This document shows positions 1 through 11,390 of a stretch of DNA of 64,000 nt, piece after piece. Source of the DNA: Callorhinchus milii (taxonomy: Eukaryota); the NCBI RefSeq assembly GCF_018977255.1, contig NW_024704742.1, positions 89,220,001 to 89,284,000 of the forward strand. Direction: 5' to 3'. The position numbers and the translations under genes were made by a program. Below the pieces are notes generated by a model. The model worked only from the letters and a program-made list of their open reading frames with translations. It ran no database searches and had not been told where the DNA came from. Positions within the stretch are counted from its first letter, which is position 1. Every line of letters begins with the position of its first letter.

Positions 1-632
1 AGATCAGTTTCTGGCCTCCAATAATTTACATGTGTATTTTTAAATACTATATATATATATACAGTGCAATCCTCAGGAACCAATTGAGTGCAAAACAGCA
101 TATCTAAAGCTTGGTTCAGAACTGAGAAAAATATTTACAGGAAAAGGACATGATGCGTAGGTGGAGAAAGTAAAATACCTGTAACTCAAATGAAGAAAAG
201 TAAAGAAGTAGATTTTATTTTGCCCTATCACCTTGTGCTAAAGCCGGGAGGGCTTAATGAACTGCCTGACTCAACCTTTTAAACCTTTTTGCGATCCAAT
301 TATATCCATCCTGATATCCAAGCTGAACACTGCACTGTGTTCTCTAAATCTCTACATTCTAATGAATGAATCTGTTGAAAATAACTTGTGGATCAGCTTG
401 CTTATATTTCAGGGTTCAGTTGCTGGGTTTGAAACTACTTCCATCAGTAAAGCAATTAGAAGTGAGAAACACGTTTCTCTCACTGAGGGCTGAAGAGAAC
501 ACTGGGCTTATTAACCTGCCCGAGCATTAGTTATTTTTTATATTATTAGAGTGCAAGTGGCTCTCTGATAATATAAAAAAGATAAAATTGGACCACCCAA
601 GAACCTTTAAGTAGCTATTTGTGAAAAGAGAC

Positions 633-966
633 CATAAGCACATAAGAACATAAGAGACGCTTGCCAAAAATAAACAAAGTCCATCTAGTTTGCCTTCCAT
701 CTTCCTAGCGGTCGCATGCACATAAGTCCCAAACTAACTTCTATATCCCATAATGTTATTTCCTAAAAGAAAACTTTCTAATCTGTGTTTGAAAGAATCA
801 ACATTTTGTGCTTCAACCATCTCCCTCGGGAGCCTGTTCCCCAGATTCACTATTCGCTCACTGAAATAGTGTTTGCGTAGATTCATTCCGAATTTACACC
901 CTTTCAATCTCAGGCCGTGTCCACTGTTTTTGCTATTCTGGACAAGTTGAAACAGCCTGTCATGAT
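633..966 (-). mobile_element. CR1-clade LINE 3' fragment
   Basis: The reverse complement aligns with the CR1 copy at 40200-40505 (LFQLVQ...GHGLRLK...RMNL region, shared 3' UTR GGAAGGCAAACTAGAT) and ends in a TTCTTATG-like repeat. Confidence 0.85.
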
Positions 967-1161
967 AAGACCAAATCGATCCTTGCCATCTGCATTCATG
1001 TGAGCAGTGAGAAGCTCTATGATTCCATTTCCTTGGGTTTGGGAGTATACCAAGCCTCTCCCTAGCATTTTGCTATATGGCCCGGCCCAGCCAAGCTAAG
1101 GAATTCAATCCTTGGGCAATTGTGGCTTATGTTCCTACCATTCTCACAGCTTCACCTGGTT

Positions 1162-1437
1162 TAATAATAATATAATAATAATCCTTGCATTTGATATAGC
1201 GCTTTTCACGTCGGGAGGACGTTCCAAAAACACTTCACAGAACACACTGTAAAGTGAATTAACTGTATATTTGTGGGCGAACGCGGCAGCCAATTGCGCA
1301 CAGCAATGTCCCACAAACAGTCGTGGATTGAAAATGACCAATTTATTATTATTTTTGGTTTTGGAGGGATTATTATTAGGCATGTGGAGTAAGGAAACTT
1401 GGCCAAGGTTTCGCCCTGCCTGGAATTGAACTCAGGT
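1162..1437 (-). mobile_element. SINE-A, short subfamily, truncated in the tRNA head
   Basis: (AAT)n-CCTTGCATTTGATATAGCGC tail and body match the copies at 10889 and 61433; the match stops after the B-box. Confidence 0.9.
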
Positions 1438-1450
1438 TTAAGCATTCCAT

Positions 1451-1612
1451 GATAATAATAATAATAATCCTTGCGTTTGATATAGTGCTTTATCACAACT
1501 TCGAGCCATCTCAAAGCACTTCACAGGATATACTGGAAAGTTCATTGTATATTTTGTGGATGAAACGTGGCAACGTGATAAGGCGCTTTATTAAATGCAA
1601 GGATTATTATTA
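1451..1612. repeat. Two SINE 3' ends fused head-to-head
   Basis: A minus-strand tail at 1451-1570 is joined directly to a plus-strand tail GTGATAAGGCGC...AAATGCAAGGATTATTATTAT. Confidence 0.75.
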
Positions 1613-1724
1613 TTTATATTGCGTTTTGATATAGTGAGACATCTTATATTATTACTCCTGGTCGGTTCTCCTTTCCTACCATTCTTCCCATTTCCTCACC
1701 CTCCTCAATCTTTCCACAATCAAC

Positions 1725-1920
1725 CCCCACCTCAGTCCCTCCCTCGCCTCCTTCGAGGCTCATCTGAAGACCTTCCTCTTTGACCATGCCTTCGGTCATC
1801 TCCCCACCTCCACCCATCTTGATTCCACCCCCAGCTCGGGTGCAAATGCTTCACTGTCCAGTGCCTTGGGACCTCCTCCTGGCATGAAAGGCACTATGTA
1901 AATACAATTTGCTGTTGTTT
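1725..1920 (+). mobile_element. L2 LINE 3' end
   Basis: Matches the 3' ends at 57400-57572 and 59440-59627 (CTGAAGACCTTCCTCTTTGACCATGCC...GAAAGGCACTATGTAAAT...TGTTG). Confidence 0.8.
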
Positions 1921-2100
1921 GTAGGTGAACGCAGCAGACAATTTTCACACATCATTTTCCCACACGCGGGCATAAAGTCAACAATCAATTTTATTTGGGA
2001 CACCAGGGGAAACTCCCTTCTCCCTTCTCCTTTTGAATAGTGCCATGGGATCTTTAACGTCCACCTGAACAAGCAGGCGGCACCTCGGGTTTAACATTTA
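1921..2100 (-). mobile_element. DeuSINE fragment
   Basis: Reverse complement of the Deu core CAGGTGGACGTTAAAGATCCCATGGCACTATTC. Confidence 0.75.
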
Positions 2101-2154
2101 TTTGATGGTCAGGTTAATATTAACAATTAATCTTATTAAAATTATCAATATGAA

Positions 2155-2572
2155 AATAAAATAATAATCTTTGCATTTGATATCGCACCTTATCATGCCA
2201 TTGAGACTTCTCAAAGTGCTTCACAGAATGTATTGTAAAGTGACTGTGTATTTTGGGGACAAAATGGGGCAGCCAATTGCGTGCAGCAATGTCGTCAAAC
2301 CGTCGTGGTTTGAGTGACCACATTTTTGGTGGGGACGGATTTTTACCACAGGAAAGCGATCCGCCAATTGATGAACAACCGGGTTCTACACTTTATGTTG
2401 GTCTGTTTTTGCTTCAGACAAACCACCGGTTGTCCAGTCAAAAGCACAAACAGAGCATTAAACGACAAAACCCAAAGAATAATAATAATAATAATCTTTG
2501 CATTTGATATAGCGCTTTTCACGTCTTCTAGACGTCCCAAAGCGCTTCACAGAATATACTGTAAAGTGAATG
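2155..2572 (-). mobile_element. Two truncated SINE-A copies (2155-2395 long subfamily; 2480-2572 tail)
   Basis: Two (AAT)n tails; the first copy includes the GCGATCCGCCAATTG segment diagnostic of the long subfamily. Confidence 0.8.
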
Positions 2573-3269
2573 CGCTGCTGACAGAGCAGAACAGAGCTGA
2601 GTTAGACTCCCTCTGACCTGCTTGCAGTGGAGTGGGGTTTACAGTATATTGGGCAAACTCCCCCACCCCCACTCACATACATGAATGACAATGGCTCTAC
2701 AAAAGGCAATCCAAAGTCTCCTAAAACTGGCTGTATTTCTGTAGAACGCTTTCAGTTATCCATGACCCTACAAGGACAAATTCACTTGTTCTGAAGAGAT
2801 CCAGTGGCTCTAACACATTAATGTGACTGGAACCTTGAAACAATATAGATTCACTGTAATTATCTGTCAATAAAAGGAGTACTAATTACAAATTTACCTT
2901 TTCCATTTAATTTAACATCTCTTTCCTACAGCAAATCAGATGCATGATCTGTGCAGTACGAACATGTAATGTATGGTGGGCAGGGTTAGCAGCTTTTTGT
3001 CAAGTCTGTAGTCTTCTAAATTTACTCTCAAGGCGATGGCTTTCAGATTTACTCCCTCCTTTTTGCACGATCAGCTTTCTGCTCTCCATTAGGAGTTATA
3101 GACATCATCACAAAGGAGGGAAATCTTTGCATCTGACTGAAAAGCAAAGATAATTCTTAGCCAAGGGGTCAGATTAATTCATCATCCCCTCTCCCTTCCC
3201 CTTCCCATTACCCACCAATGAAAATCAGACCACTTTGATCTTACACAACAAACAGTGTCTGGGAGGTCT

Positions 3270-3572
3270 GATGATTTTCTTCCATCGGATGAGACATTAA
3301 ACCAAGGTCCCATCTGCCTGTTTAGGTGGATGTTAAAGGTCCCATGGTAACATTCAAAAAGAGAAGTCTGTTTCTCCTCATGTCCTGGCCAACAATCCCC
3401 TACATATAATTGATCATTCACTTCATGGCTGAGTGTGTGTTCACTGCTATGCTCAAACTGATCGTCGTATTTGCCTTTAAAGTACATAGTGACTCCACTT
3501 TACAGTTTACAGTAAATCCTGTAAAATGCTTTAAGATGTGAAAGGTGCTCTATCAAACCCAATATTATTATT
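3270..3572 (+). mobile_element. DeuSINE 3' part
   Basis: CGGATGAGACATTAAACCAAGGTCCCATCTGCCTGTTTAGGTGGATGTTAAAGGTCCCATGG core followed by an L2-type tail. Confidence 0.8.
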
Positions 3573-3687
3573 GTTCTTTTCCAAAATGACTGAATCTGAT
3601 CCCTTCAAGACCCCGCGGGGGTTGTAAGGCTGTAAAAGGTTTTCAAAGCGGCGGATTAAAAATGAGAGTGGAGCAGAGAGGAGGATT

Positions 3688-3800
3688 AATAATAATAATC
3701 CTTGCATTTGATATAGTGCCTTATCAAGTCTTCGAGATGTCTCAAAGCGCTTCACATAATACACTGTAAAGTGAATTGATTTTATATTTTGTGGGGAAGG
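3688..3800 (-). mobile_element. SINE-A 3' tail fragment
   Basis: AATAATAATCCTTGCATTTGATATAG...CTCAAAGCGCTTCAC. Confidence 0.8.
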
Positions 3801-4188
3801 TGCGGGAATGATAATTTATTTAGTTAACTGGCCATGAAATTTTAATCAGATGTAATTACAATCGCTGCAATTTGCCATCAGTTCTCAGATGTGTTTCATG
3901 TTTTAACCACTCTGTTGATCAATATTCATTCAAATGCCCAAAGTATTACTTTTAACCTTTCAGTGTGTCCTATTAGGCCACTTGCACAGCCTTGGTTTGA
4001 TAAATGATGTAGAAATTATGCACATTTTTTCCCCTTTTCTGTAACCCCCTATTCATGTTAAGTATATTATTATGGCACCGGAGGCCTAGGGGTGAACAAA
4101 TACACAATAATTGAACCTCTGATTATAAAAAGAGCAATTACCTGCTGCAACTCAATTGTTTTTCAGTGAAATTCGGTGATTTCTGCAA

Positions 4189-4293
4189 ATGAAATATCTG
4201 TGTGTCTCACTGCAACAAATACGCACAGCTCTCTCCATTTCACTGGCTCCGCAATCTGTCTCTGTTTCTCCTGTTGGCAGTGATCTGACCTTG
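4189..4293 (+). other. Candidate host exon (35-codon ATG-initiated stretch, or a 13-nt microexon at 4281-4293)
   Basis: Consensus donor TTG|GTAAGT at 4294. Pyrimidine-rich acceptors end at 4166 and 4280. An open frame, MKYLCVSLQQIRTALSISLAPQSVSVSPVGSDLTL, ends in phase 0 at the donor. The peptide is not recognised. Confidence 0.25.
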
Positions 4294-6189
4294 GTAAGTA
4301 CGTAGACTCTGCAATGTGAACGGAGCTGATTTCCGAGGACGTCAGGAGAAAGTCGGTGGGCTCGATTATATTATTACAGCGACATTGCATTAGCACCCTG
4401 ACTCTGACCCTGCTTAGCAGCACACTATTATTCCTTACTTTAAATCCCACCACTAATATCTGGTTGGGTGGGGAGGTGGGGGGTGGGGGGGTGGGTTCTA
4501 TGAAGCATTGCAGAAAGGAGGAACATGAGATAAAGGCTGTAAGTGGATTGAAAAAAAACATTGTAATGAGACTGTCAGCACAGAGGCGCCCACACCACTG
4601 ATATCTACATCCCTGGCAAACGGATTTCACTTTTTTATCCAAAGCTATTAACAACACCATTTTGTCAGAGAATTCTCTTAAACATCCACTGACAAACGCT
4701 TGACCTTGCAGTGCAAGATCTTGCAGTGCTTGCTTACACAGACAGTGTTTCATCCTTTTAAATATTCAAGAATTAAAGGTGATTTCAAGAACTGTACCTC
4801 TCCAGTGCCATTAACACGGTATTTTTTCTCACCTTCCAAATACAAAGGCACATATAAAATTGGTTACTCGTGAAGAAAGACCAGAGCGCTTTACTGTGGC
4901 GATACCAGGGGTGAGGAGCTGTGAGGCGTAAAAAGATATGGTGAGGCATAAAAATTTGGGACTGTTTATGTTAGAACAGGGGAGGTAAAAGGGGCTTCTA
5001 AGAAAGGTTTTCGAAATTGTGAATAGTTTTGGTAAAGATTGAAAGACTCTTTTCATCCATCACTGTCTTATATTAAGGATTAGAAGAAAAAAAGGGAAAT
5101 TTGAACATTTTTGTAACACAGAATGCTTTGCCAAAAATTGCCATTGAAGCAAAGGATTTAAAAGAGAATTGGCTAATTAATAATACTAATAATAAAGGAT
5201 GTGGGGAAAGAGAAGGGCATATTCATGGAAATTTCCATCTTGAAAGGAAGCCATTCGGCTTATCAAGTCAGCATAGGCTCTCAGAGCAAGCTGTTCATTC
5301 AATCCCGCTGCCCTACCTTATCCATATACTCTTTCTAGACTCTATCTTTCATATACTCGTCTGCTTCCCTCTTAAAACCCACGATAGACTCGGCCTCTAC
5401 CACCTGAGTTGGCAGTCTGCTATTCCTCCAGTTTGATATTATGGCCTTAGTGGAATGATGTGAGTGTCAAAATAACAAGAAAATGAAACAACATCAAATC
5501 ACTACCTTGCATCTTAATAATAACCATTTTGATTTTTTTTGCAAACCTGAAATTGGTCACTTATAGTTGTTTTAGAGACACTGCTCTGCACAAATTAGTT
5601 GCTACATTTGTCTACAATATAGAAAAATCTTGCAAAGCACTGAGTGACGTGATAAAGTGCTATATCAAATGTAAGGATTATTATTATCGTGGGCCAAATG
5701 GTTTCCTTTTGGTTGTAAACTTACTATAATTAATTCAGCAGCAAACAGCTCCGCTTTATGCTCTCTATTTGCCCCTGCGGTGAAAAAAAAGCATTTTCAC
5801 TGGTGATAGCGGTGTCCCAGTCTGCAATTCTAATAGGTAACCCAATAAGTTTAACCAGGGTCTAGACGTACATAACAAAAAAAAGGAAGAAATACAATAC
5901 AAACAGGAGACATCAGAGAAAAGTCGTTTACATTACAGAAATGTTATCCCTGTAAAGAGATAAGAAAATTAACATCAGTAAAACCTTATTGATTTTGGCA
6001 TCAGAATTGGTCAAAGTGAGAGCTCTAATGTTAGGCGGAATCATTGTGGTTTTAAGAGCATCTATTTTTCTGACCTTATACCATGCTGGAAGTACCGTAA
6101 TGTGTCTGAGTCACGTACACTGTAATACAATACTTAGATAGATTCCATTTGCAATAACTATAAGCACTCATAAATTGTGTAATATTGCA

Positions 6190-7012
6190 CACTGGCCTCT
6201 GAGTCAGAAGGTTTGTGGTTTAAGCCTTATGTCAGGACTTGGAACTCACTGCAGACACTCCAATGCGGTGCTTAAGGTTTACTGCATTGTCGGAGATGCC
6301 ATCTTTCGAATGTGGCATTAAACCAAGGTCCCGTCAGCCTGTCTAGATGAATGTTAAAGATCGCATGGCACTATTCAAAGAGAGAAGGGAAATTATCCTG
6401 GCTAATAATAATAATCCTTAATAATAATAATCCTTGCATTTGATATAGTGTTTTTCACGTCTTCTAGACGTCTCAAAGCGCTTCACAGATTATACTGTAA
6501 AGTGAATTGACCGTATATTTGTGGGCGAAACACAGCAGCCAATTGTGCACAGCAGTGTCCCACAAACAGTTGTGGATTGAAAATGACCAATTTATTATTT
6601 TTGTTGTTTTGGAGGGATTATTATTATAGCTAATTCCATGAAACTAATAACCTCTTTGAAATCCAGAAACAATTAAACATTAAATAACAGGAACTTTGAA
6701 TTACCTTTAGAACAGAAACAGATAGAGTCTCGCAAGCGTTAACTGGAATCAAAACTCTATCCTACAGAATTGGTTGATTCAAAAGTTACTGCATTGTTCA
6801 CCTGTGTTAGTTACGCGAGTTAGAATAGTCTCCCAAATAAAATGATCGTTCACTGTATGACTGTTTGTGTAACACTGCTGTGTGCAAAATTGACTGTACC
6901 ATTTGTCCCAAAAACACACACAGCCACATCACTTTACAGTAAATCCTATGAAGCGCCTTGAGATATCTCAATGATGTGATAAGGCTCTATATCAAATGCA
7001 AGGAGTATTATT
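6190..7012 (+). mobile_element. DeuSINE interrupted by SINE-A and about 190 bp of unrelated DNA
   Basis: Head and core run to 6404; the Deu 3' half resumes near 6826 (CCCAAATAAAATGATCGTTCAC...TGTGTGCAAAATTG) and reaches a tail at 7012. Confidence 0.8.
6404..6627 (-). mobile_element. SINE-A, 5'-truncated, with GCTAAT target-site duplication
   Basis: Body matches the 10889 copy; GCTAAT lies on both flanks; the AATAATAATAATCCTT tail segment is duplicated. Confidence 0.85.
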
Positions 7013-9246
7013 AACAAAATAAGAAAAATTATACAAGAACAAGAATCATTTAACAAGACTTAGTCTGTGTACCATGGCTGTTCAGAGACAGAGATATTAT
7101 TTTCAATAATAAAGTATTAAAATAGCTTGGATAACTTGCCCATTCTTTTCCTCTGGTGACTTGGTTCTCTTTCAAATCTCTTGCTCCCTCTGAGCCACCA
7201 TGCCCTGCTCTTTGGAACTCATCCCAAAATATCTCTGCTTTCAAAATCCTTCTTAGTACCTACTTTTTTGGCTGTGCCTTCAGTCACCTTTCTGCTATAC
7301 CCCTCCCAATCTCCCACTTGCTTGTACACCACTCATTCTTTACGTTGTACATCTACTGTGAAATGTTATCCTACTATGAAAGGTGCTATGCAAGGACATA
7401 TTCTATTACAAATACATAGTAACTACACCCTTACAGTAAATCCTGTGAAGTGCTTCAAGTTGTCCTCCCAACCTGAAAGGTGGGATGTCAAACAGAAGGA
7501 TTCTTATTGGTAGAAGTAAAATTAATGTCTTGGTGTATTTGTGAAAATATAATTGATTAGAAATGAAATGAATGTTATATAGACAAACATGGCACCTAAT
7601 CTGTACCAGCACTGTCCCATAAACAATAAAGAGATAAATAATAATTTACCTTGAAATTTGGGATAAATTAACAATAATACAGCAAACAAAATAAAATGGT
7701 GAAAATTGTGACATTTCATAACAGATTTGATAATTAACTGAATTGTTATTAAATGTGTTCTAAGAGATCACATTTTTTCGTTTGTTCCAATAAAAACAAG
7801 TGGACAGAATTCTACAAGCCTTTCTTCATGTTAGAGCGTTAGAGTCCCCAAATCAGCATCAGGTCACCCTTGTCTAAGTCATCTTCAATGCTTGAATGCC
7901 TTGAAGTTAGAGAGTCCCTTTCCTCCCTCTCCCCCTAGTCCATTGTCAGTTTCCGCCATTGGGAAGCTACCCCACGTGAAGGCTGTAGGTTGTTGTTGTT
8001 GATTCCTTAAGTTGCATAAGGCAGCACAGAGTCAAGGTTAGAAGAGGGAAAGTGACCAGACAGTTTGCATTGAGTTACTTCACATAAAGCATGGCAGATA
8101 TGTACAATAGACTACAAAGGAAGATATGGCTGAAAAATGTGTAAGCCAATTTAAGAGGAAATTAGATAGCTGTTTGACAAAGAAATTGAGTGAAGGAGAA
8201 GAGAGATACAATAATGTAGGATATTTTTTACATAACTTTGGCACTGGAGAGATTGACTGCAATGGTCTTTTCTGGTGATGTACATTGCTATTGACTGTGC
8301 TGTGTGACCTATACAAGGGTAGAATAATTCATTTTGGCTTGTAATCAAAAGCCTTTAAGGTTAGTCTTGTTAACAGCTTCACGTTGACTGGATACTTTCA
8401 GTGAATGCTCAATAATTGCACCCAAATCCTTTTCCACTTCCACCTTTTGCTGACGGACACAATTTCAATGTGTATGTTCTGAATTACTGGTTAGAATTTT
8501 CTTCAGCCTCCTGCTGGGTTTCAATGAAACCAATGGATTCAAGTCACTCTTCAGTAGTCTAGCATTTCATGTGAGCATTGCTGGGTGATGTGGTGCTAAG
8601 GTTCTGCATCAGCGATGAACATCCCATCACATAAGAATACAAATGTGAAATGAGAGCATATTAAATGAATGTCTGAACAAAACAGTTGCACTGAAATGCA
8701 TCAGAAAGCAGAGGAAGGTGCGAGGCTATAAATTGATACATCCAAGGAGAATGTTCATTGAGCACTGAAGACAAGAGTAAAGTAGAAACAAATTTTTTGT
8801 CTCAATTATATCCAGGGTTATAAATAAATGGTAATAATAATAATCCTTGCATTTGGAATAACACCTTTTCACGTCCTCGAGACATCTTAAAGAATTTCAA
8901 AGGATTCTAATGTGAAGAGAAGTGACTGTGTATTTGTAAGCAATAAATATCTATCTTAGATAAATATCAAGGTTCATTTATTTACCAGTTAATAAATGAA
9001 TTTCATATCTATGTGATTGCCTGTAGAGTTGTATATTCTGCATATGATGCCAGTCACACTATTTGGTATAAATGGAAGCTTACCGCTGTAACAGTAGCAA
9101 TGTAGCAATTGACAAAGGGCTGAGTTTTGAGTTGATGCTATTTACATCAAGAGGGGTAAAGTACCTTGAACTGATTTTAAATTAAAGCTATGTCTCTGCT
9201 ATCATCCTTACTGTGGAAATCAACAGTACAGTGGAATGCCATATCT

Positions 9247-9665
9247 AACAACAATGTGCATTAATATAACGCCCTTCATGCAGGATAATGTCTCAAAGCA
9301 TCACTTAACCCTCCCCAACCCTACCCAACCCTACCCCCTTACTTGAGGCCTCTATTATCCTTTATTATATTGTGCCCTTCTTTTCACACTGGGTAGAGTC
9401 TCGGAATGCTTAGCAAAAGGGTGTTTGATGCTGAGCCAGGAGAGGTGACCATAGGCATGGTCAAAGAAGAAAGTCTTCGGTGTGATCTGAAGATAGGCAA
9501 AAAGGGTGCAAAGTGGAGGGATTGAGGCAGGGTGTTCCAGAATTTCAGGGCATAGTGGCTGAAAGCATGGTTGCCGATGGTGGAGTGGAGGAGACGAGGG
9601 ATATGCAGAAGCTGAAACTGTCTGAATGAAGAGGCGGGAGGAGTAGTGGGGTGTGAGCAGGCGTT
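9247..9665 (-). mobile_element. Degenerate L2 3' fragment
   Basis: ORF-track peptide LLHIPRLLHSTIGNHAFSHYALKFWNTLPQSL is an L2 ORF2 C-terminus; an L2-type tail lies at 9247-9300. Confidence 0.75.
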
Positions 9666-10854
9666 ATTGGCAGACGGTGCTGACATCTTGGAAGTTATTT
9701 TCTACACTGGTGAATTCGCCCAACATGGTGGTATGTCCTTGCACTCACATTACTAATGCACAACACACCTAAGTGTTGTTCACGCTACCAACACCCAGCG
9801 AATGTGATCTCTATCATTACACTACATCACCATGCGTGATCCATTAGCAACAACATCCGCTGTGAGTGACAGGCATCCTGACAAGCCTGCCGTACCATGT
9901 CAGTGAGTGTCCTTGCCTGCAAACATTTCAACTCCAAATTTGGCTTGACCTACAATTGTCTCAAAATAATATTCTCTTCCTGATGGATACGGAGGATCTA
10001 AAAAAAACTCTATTAAAACGAATTGTTCTCCGTCATCTGTTCTGCCTTGCTACATTTGCTAGAAATGATATTTTAGGAAAGTACAACGCATGTGCCCACA
10101 TGTCACAACACTGACCTGTGCCCTCTGCTCCAGTTTCCTACCAAACACACAGCTGGAACTCAAGGGCAAAGAGCAAAGGTTAGCAGCGTGCAAACACAAA
10201 TTATGAGACCATGAAATTCACTTTCGTTGCCAAAAAAAAAGCCTGAATATCTTTCTGTGTGACGCTGGTGGGAAGGAAAAAGTTTTAACAGGTAGATTTC
10301 TCTAGCTGCTTCCTCTACATGATACAAATTCAATTATTTGGAGTCTCTGCAACATCAACTCATTATCATCCCAGTACTAAATGGATGGAATCACAATCTC
10401 CGAAGTGACCTATTCAGCTTGTCAGTTCTGCGAATTTTCTTTCTCGTATTATAAATTTGGGGGACGTTTTTTATTTTATTAAATCCTTTAAATAGGTTAG
10501 CTTAGTCGGACGGCTTGGTTTAATGCAGGAGAACAAGATTTCCCTCAGCCATTGCAAAGCGTAACAAAGTTAAAACGCAGGACAATATAAAAATAGTGCA
10601 CTTTCCCTATTACCATTACTACCAGAAAAATGACAAGAGGCATCACAGAGGAGGTGAATGGCTCAGTTAGTTCCACAGCTGAATAGTTCCGTGATTATTT
10701 ATTGTGTTGTTTCTGAAATCTTTGCAGCCTTGAAGATGAATAGTCTGGATGCAGCATCCCAATATGAAGAGACAGAAGTCTGCAAGTACTTCCTAAGAGT
10801 GTAAAAACTATTTTAGGCAGGAATGATTCCCTCCAGACATTGATTTTATCAGAA

Positions 10855-11390
10855 GTTTTGTTTACTCAGAGGGCAATCAACGACTGGAATAATAATGATA
10901 ATAATCCTTGCATTTGATATAGTGCTTTTCACGTTTCTAGATGTCTCAAAGCGCTTCACAGAATATACTGTAAAGTGAATCGACCGTATATTTGTGGGCG
11001 AAACGCGGCAGCCAATTGTGCACAGCAATGGCCCACAAACAGTCGTGGATTGAAAATGACCAATTTATTATTGTTTTTGGTTTTGGAGGGATTATTATTA
11101 GGCGTGTGGAGTAAGGAAACTTGCCCAAGGTTTCGCCCTGCCGGGAATTGAACCCAGGTGTCTCACTTGCAAGGCGAGTGCTCTAACCACTGAGCTACAG
11201 GACTCTGAATAGTTGCCCAGAGAGGTGAGTGAGCCAAGAACATTGGACTTCTTTCAAAGGAGCTTGATATTGTGATGGTGGATGGGGGGTGCTGTAAGGG
11301 CGGGGCATCTGGAGGGATGACATCAGATAGGCCAAAGGATTTTCTTCATCCAGATCACAAAATCTTGTGTTCAAAAGCTGTCACGTCTGC
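10855..11390 (+). mobile_element. CR1 3' end split by a SINE-A insertion
   Basis: TTTACTCAGAGGGCAATCAACGACTGGAAT [SINE] AGTTGCCCAGAGAGG...; collinear with the uninterrupted relative at 62300-62491. Confidence 0.75.
10889..11205 (-). mobile_element. Full-length SINE-A, short subfamily
   Basis: tRNA-like head with A-box TAGCTCAGTGG and B-box GGTTCAATTCC, partial Deu domain, (ATT)n tail; GAATA on both flanks. Confidence 0.92.

Noticed and set aside
4163..4753. 196-aa minus-strand ORF, the longest non-LINE ORF
   Set aside because: It runs through low-complexity G and A tracts, shows no recognisable domain and lacks supporting minus-strand splice signals.
10889..11205. Possible tRNA-Ala genes (also 44465-44537 and 61675-61747)
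   Set aside because: Each is fused to a SINE body and tail, so these are SINE heads rather than tRNA genes.
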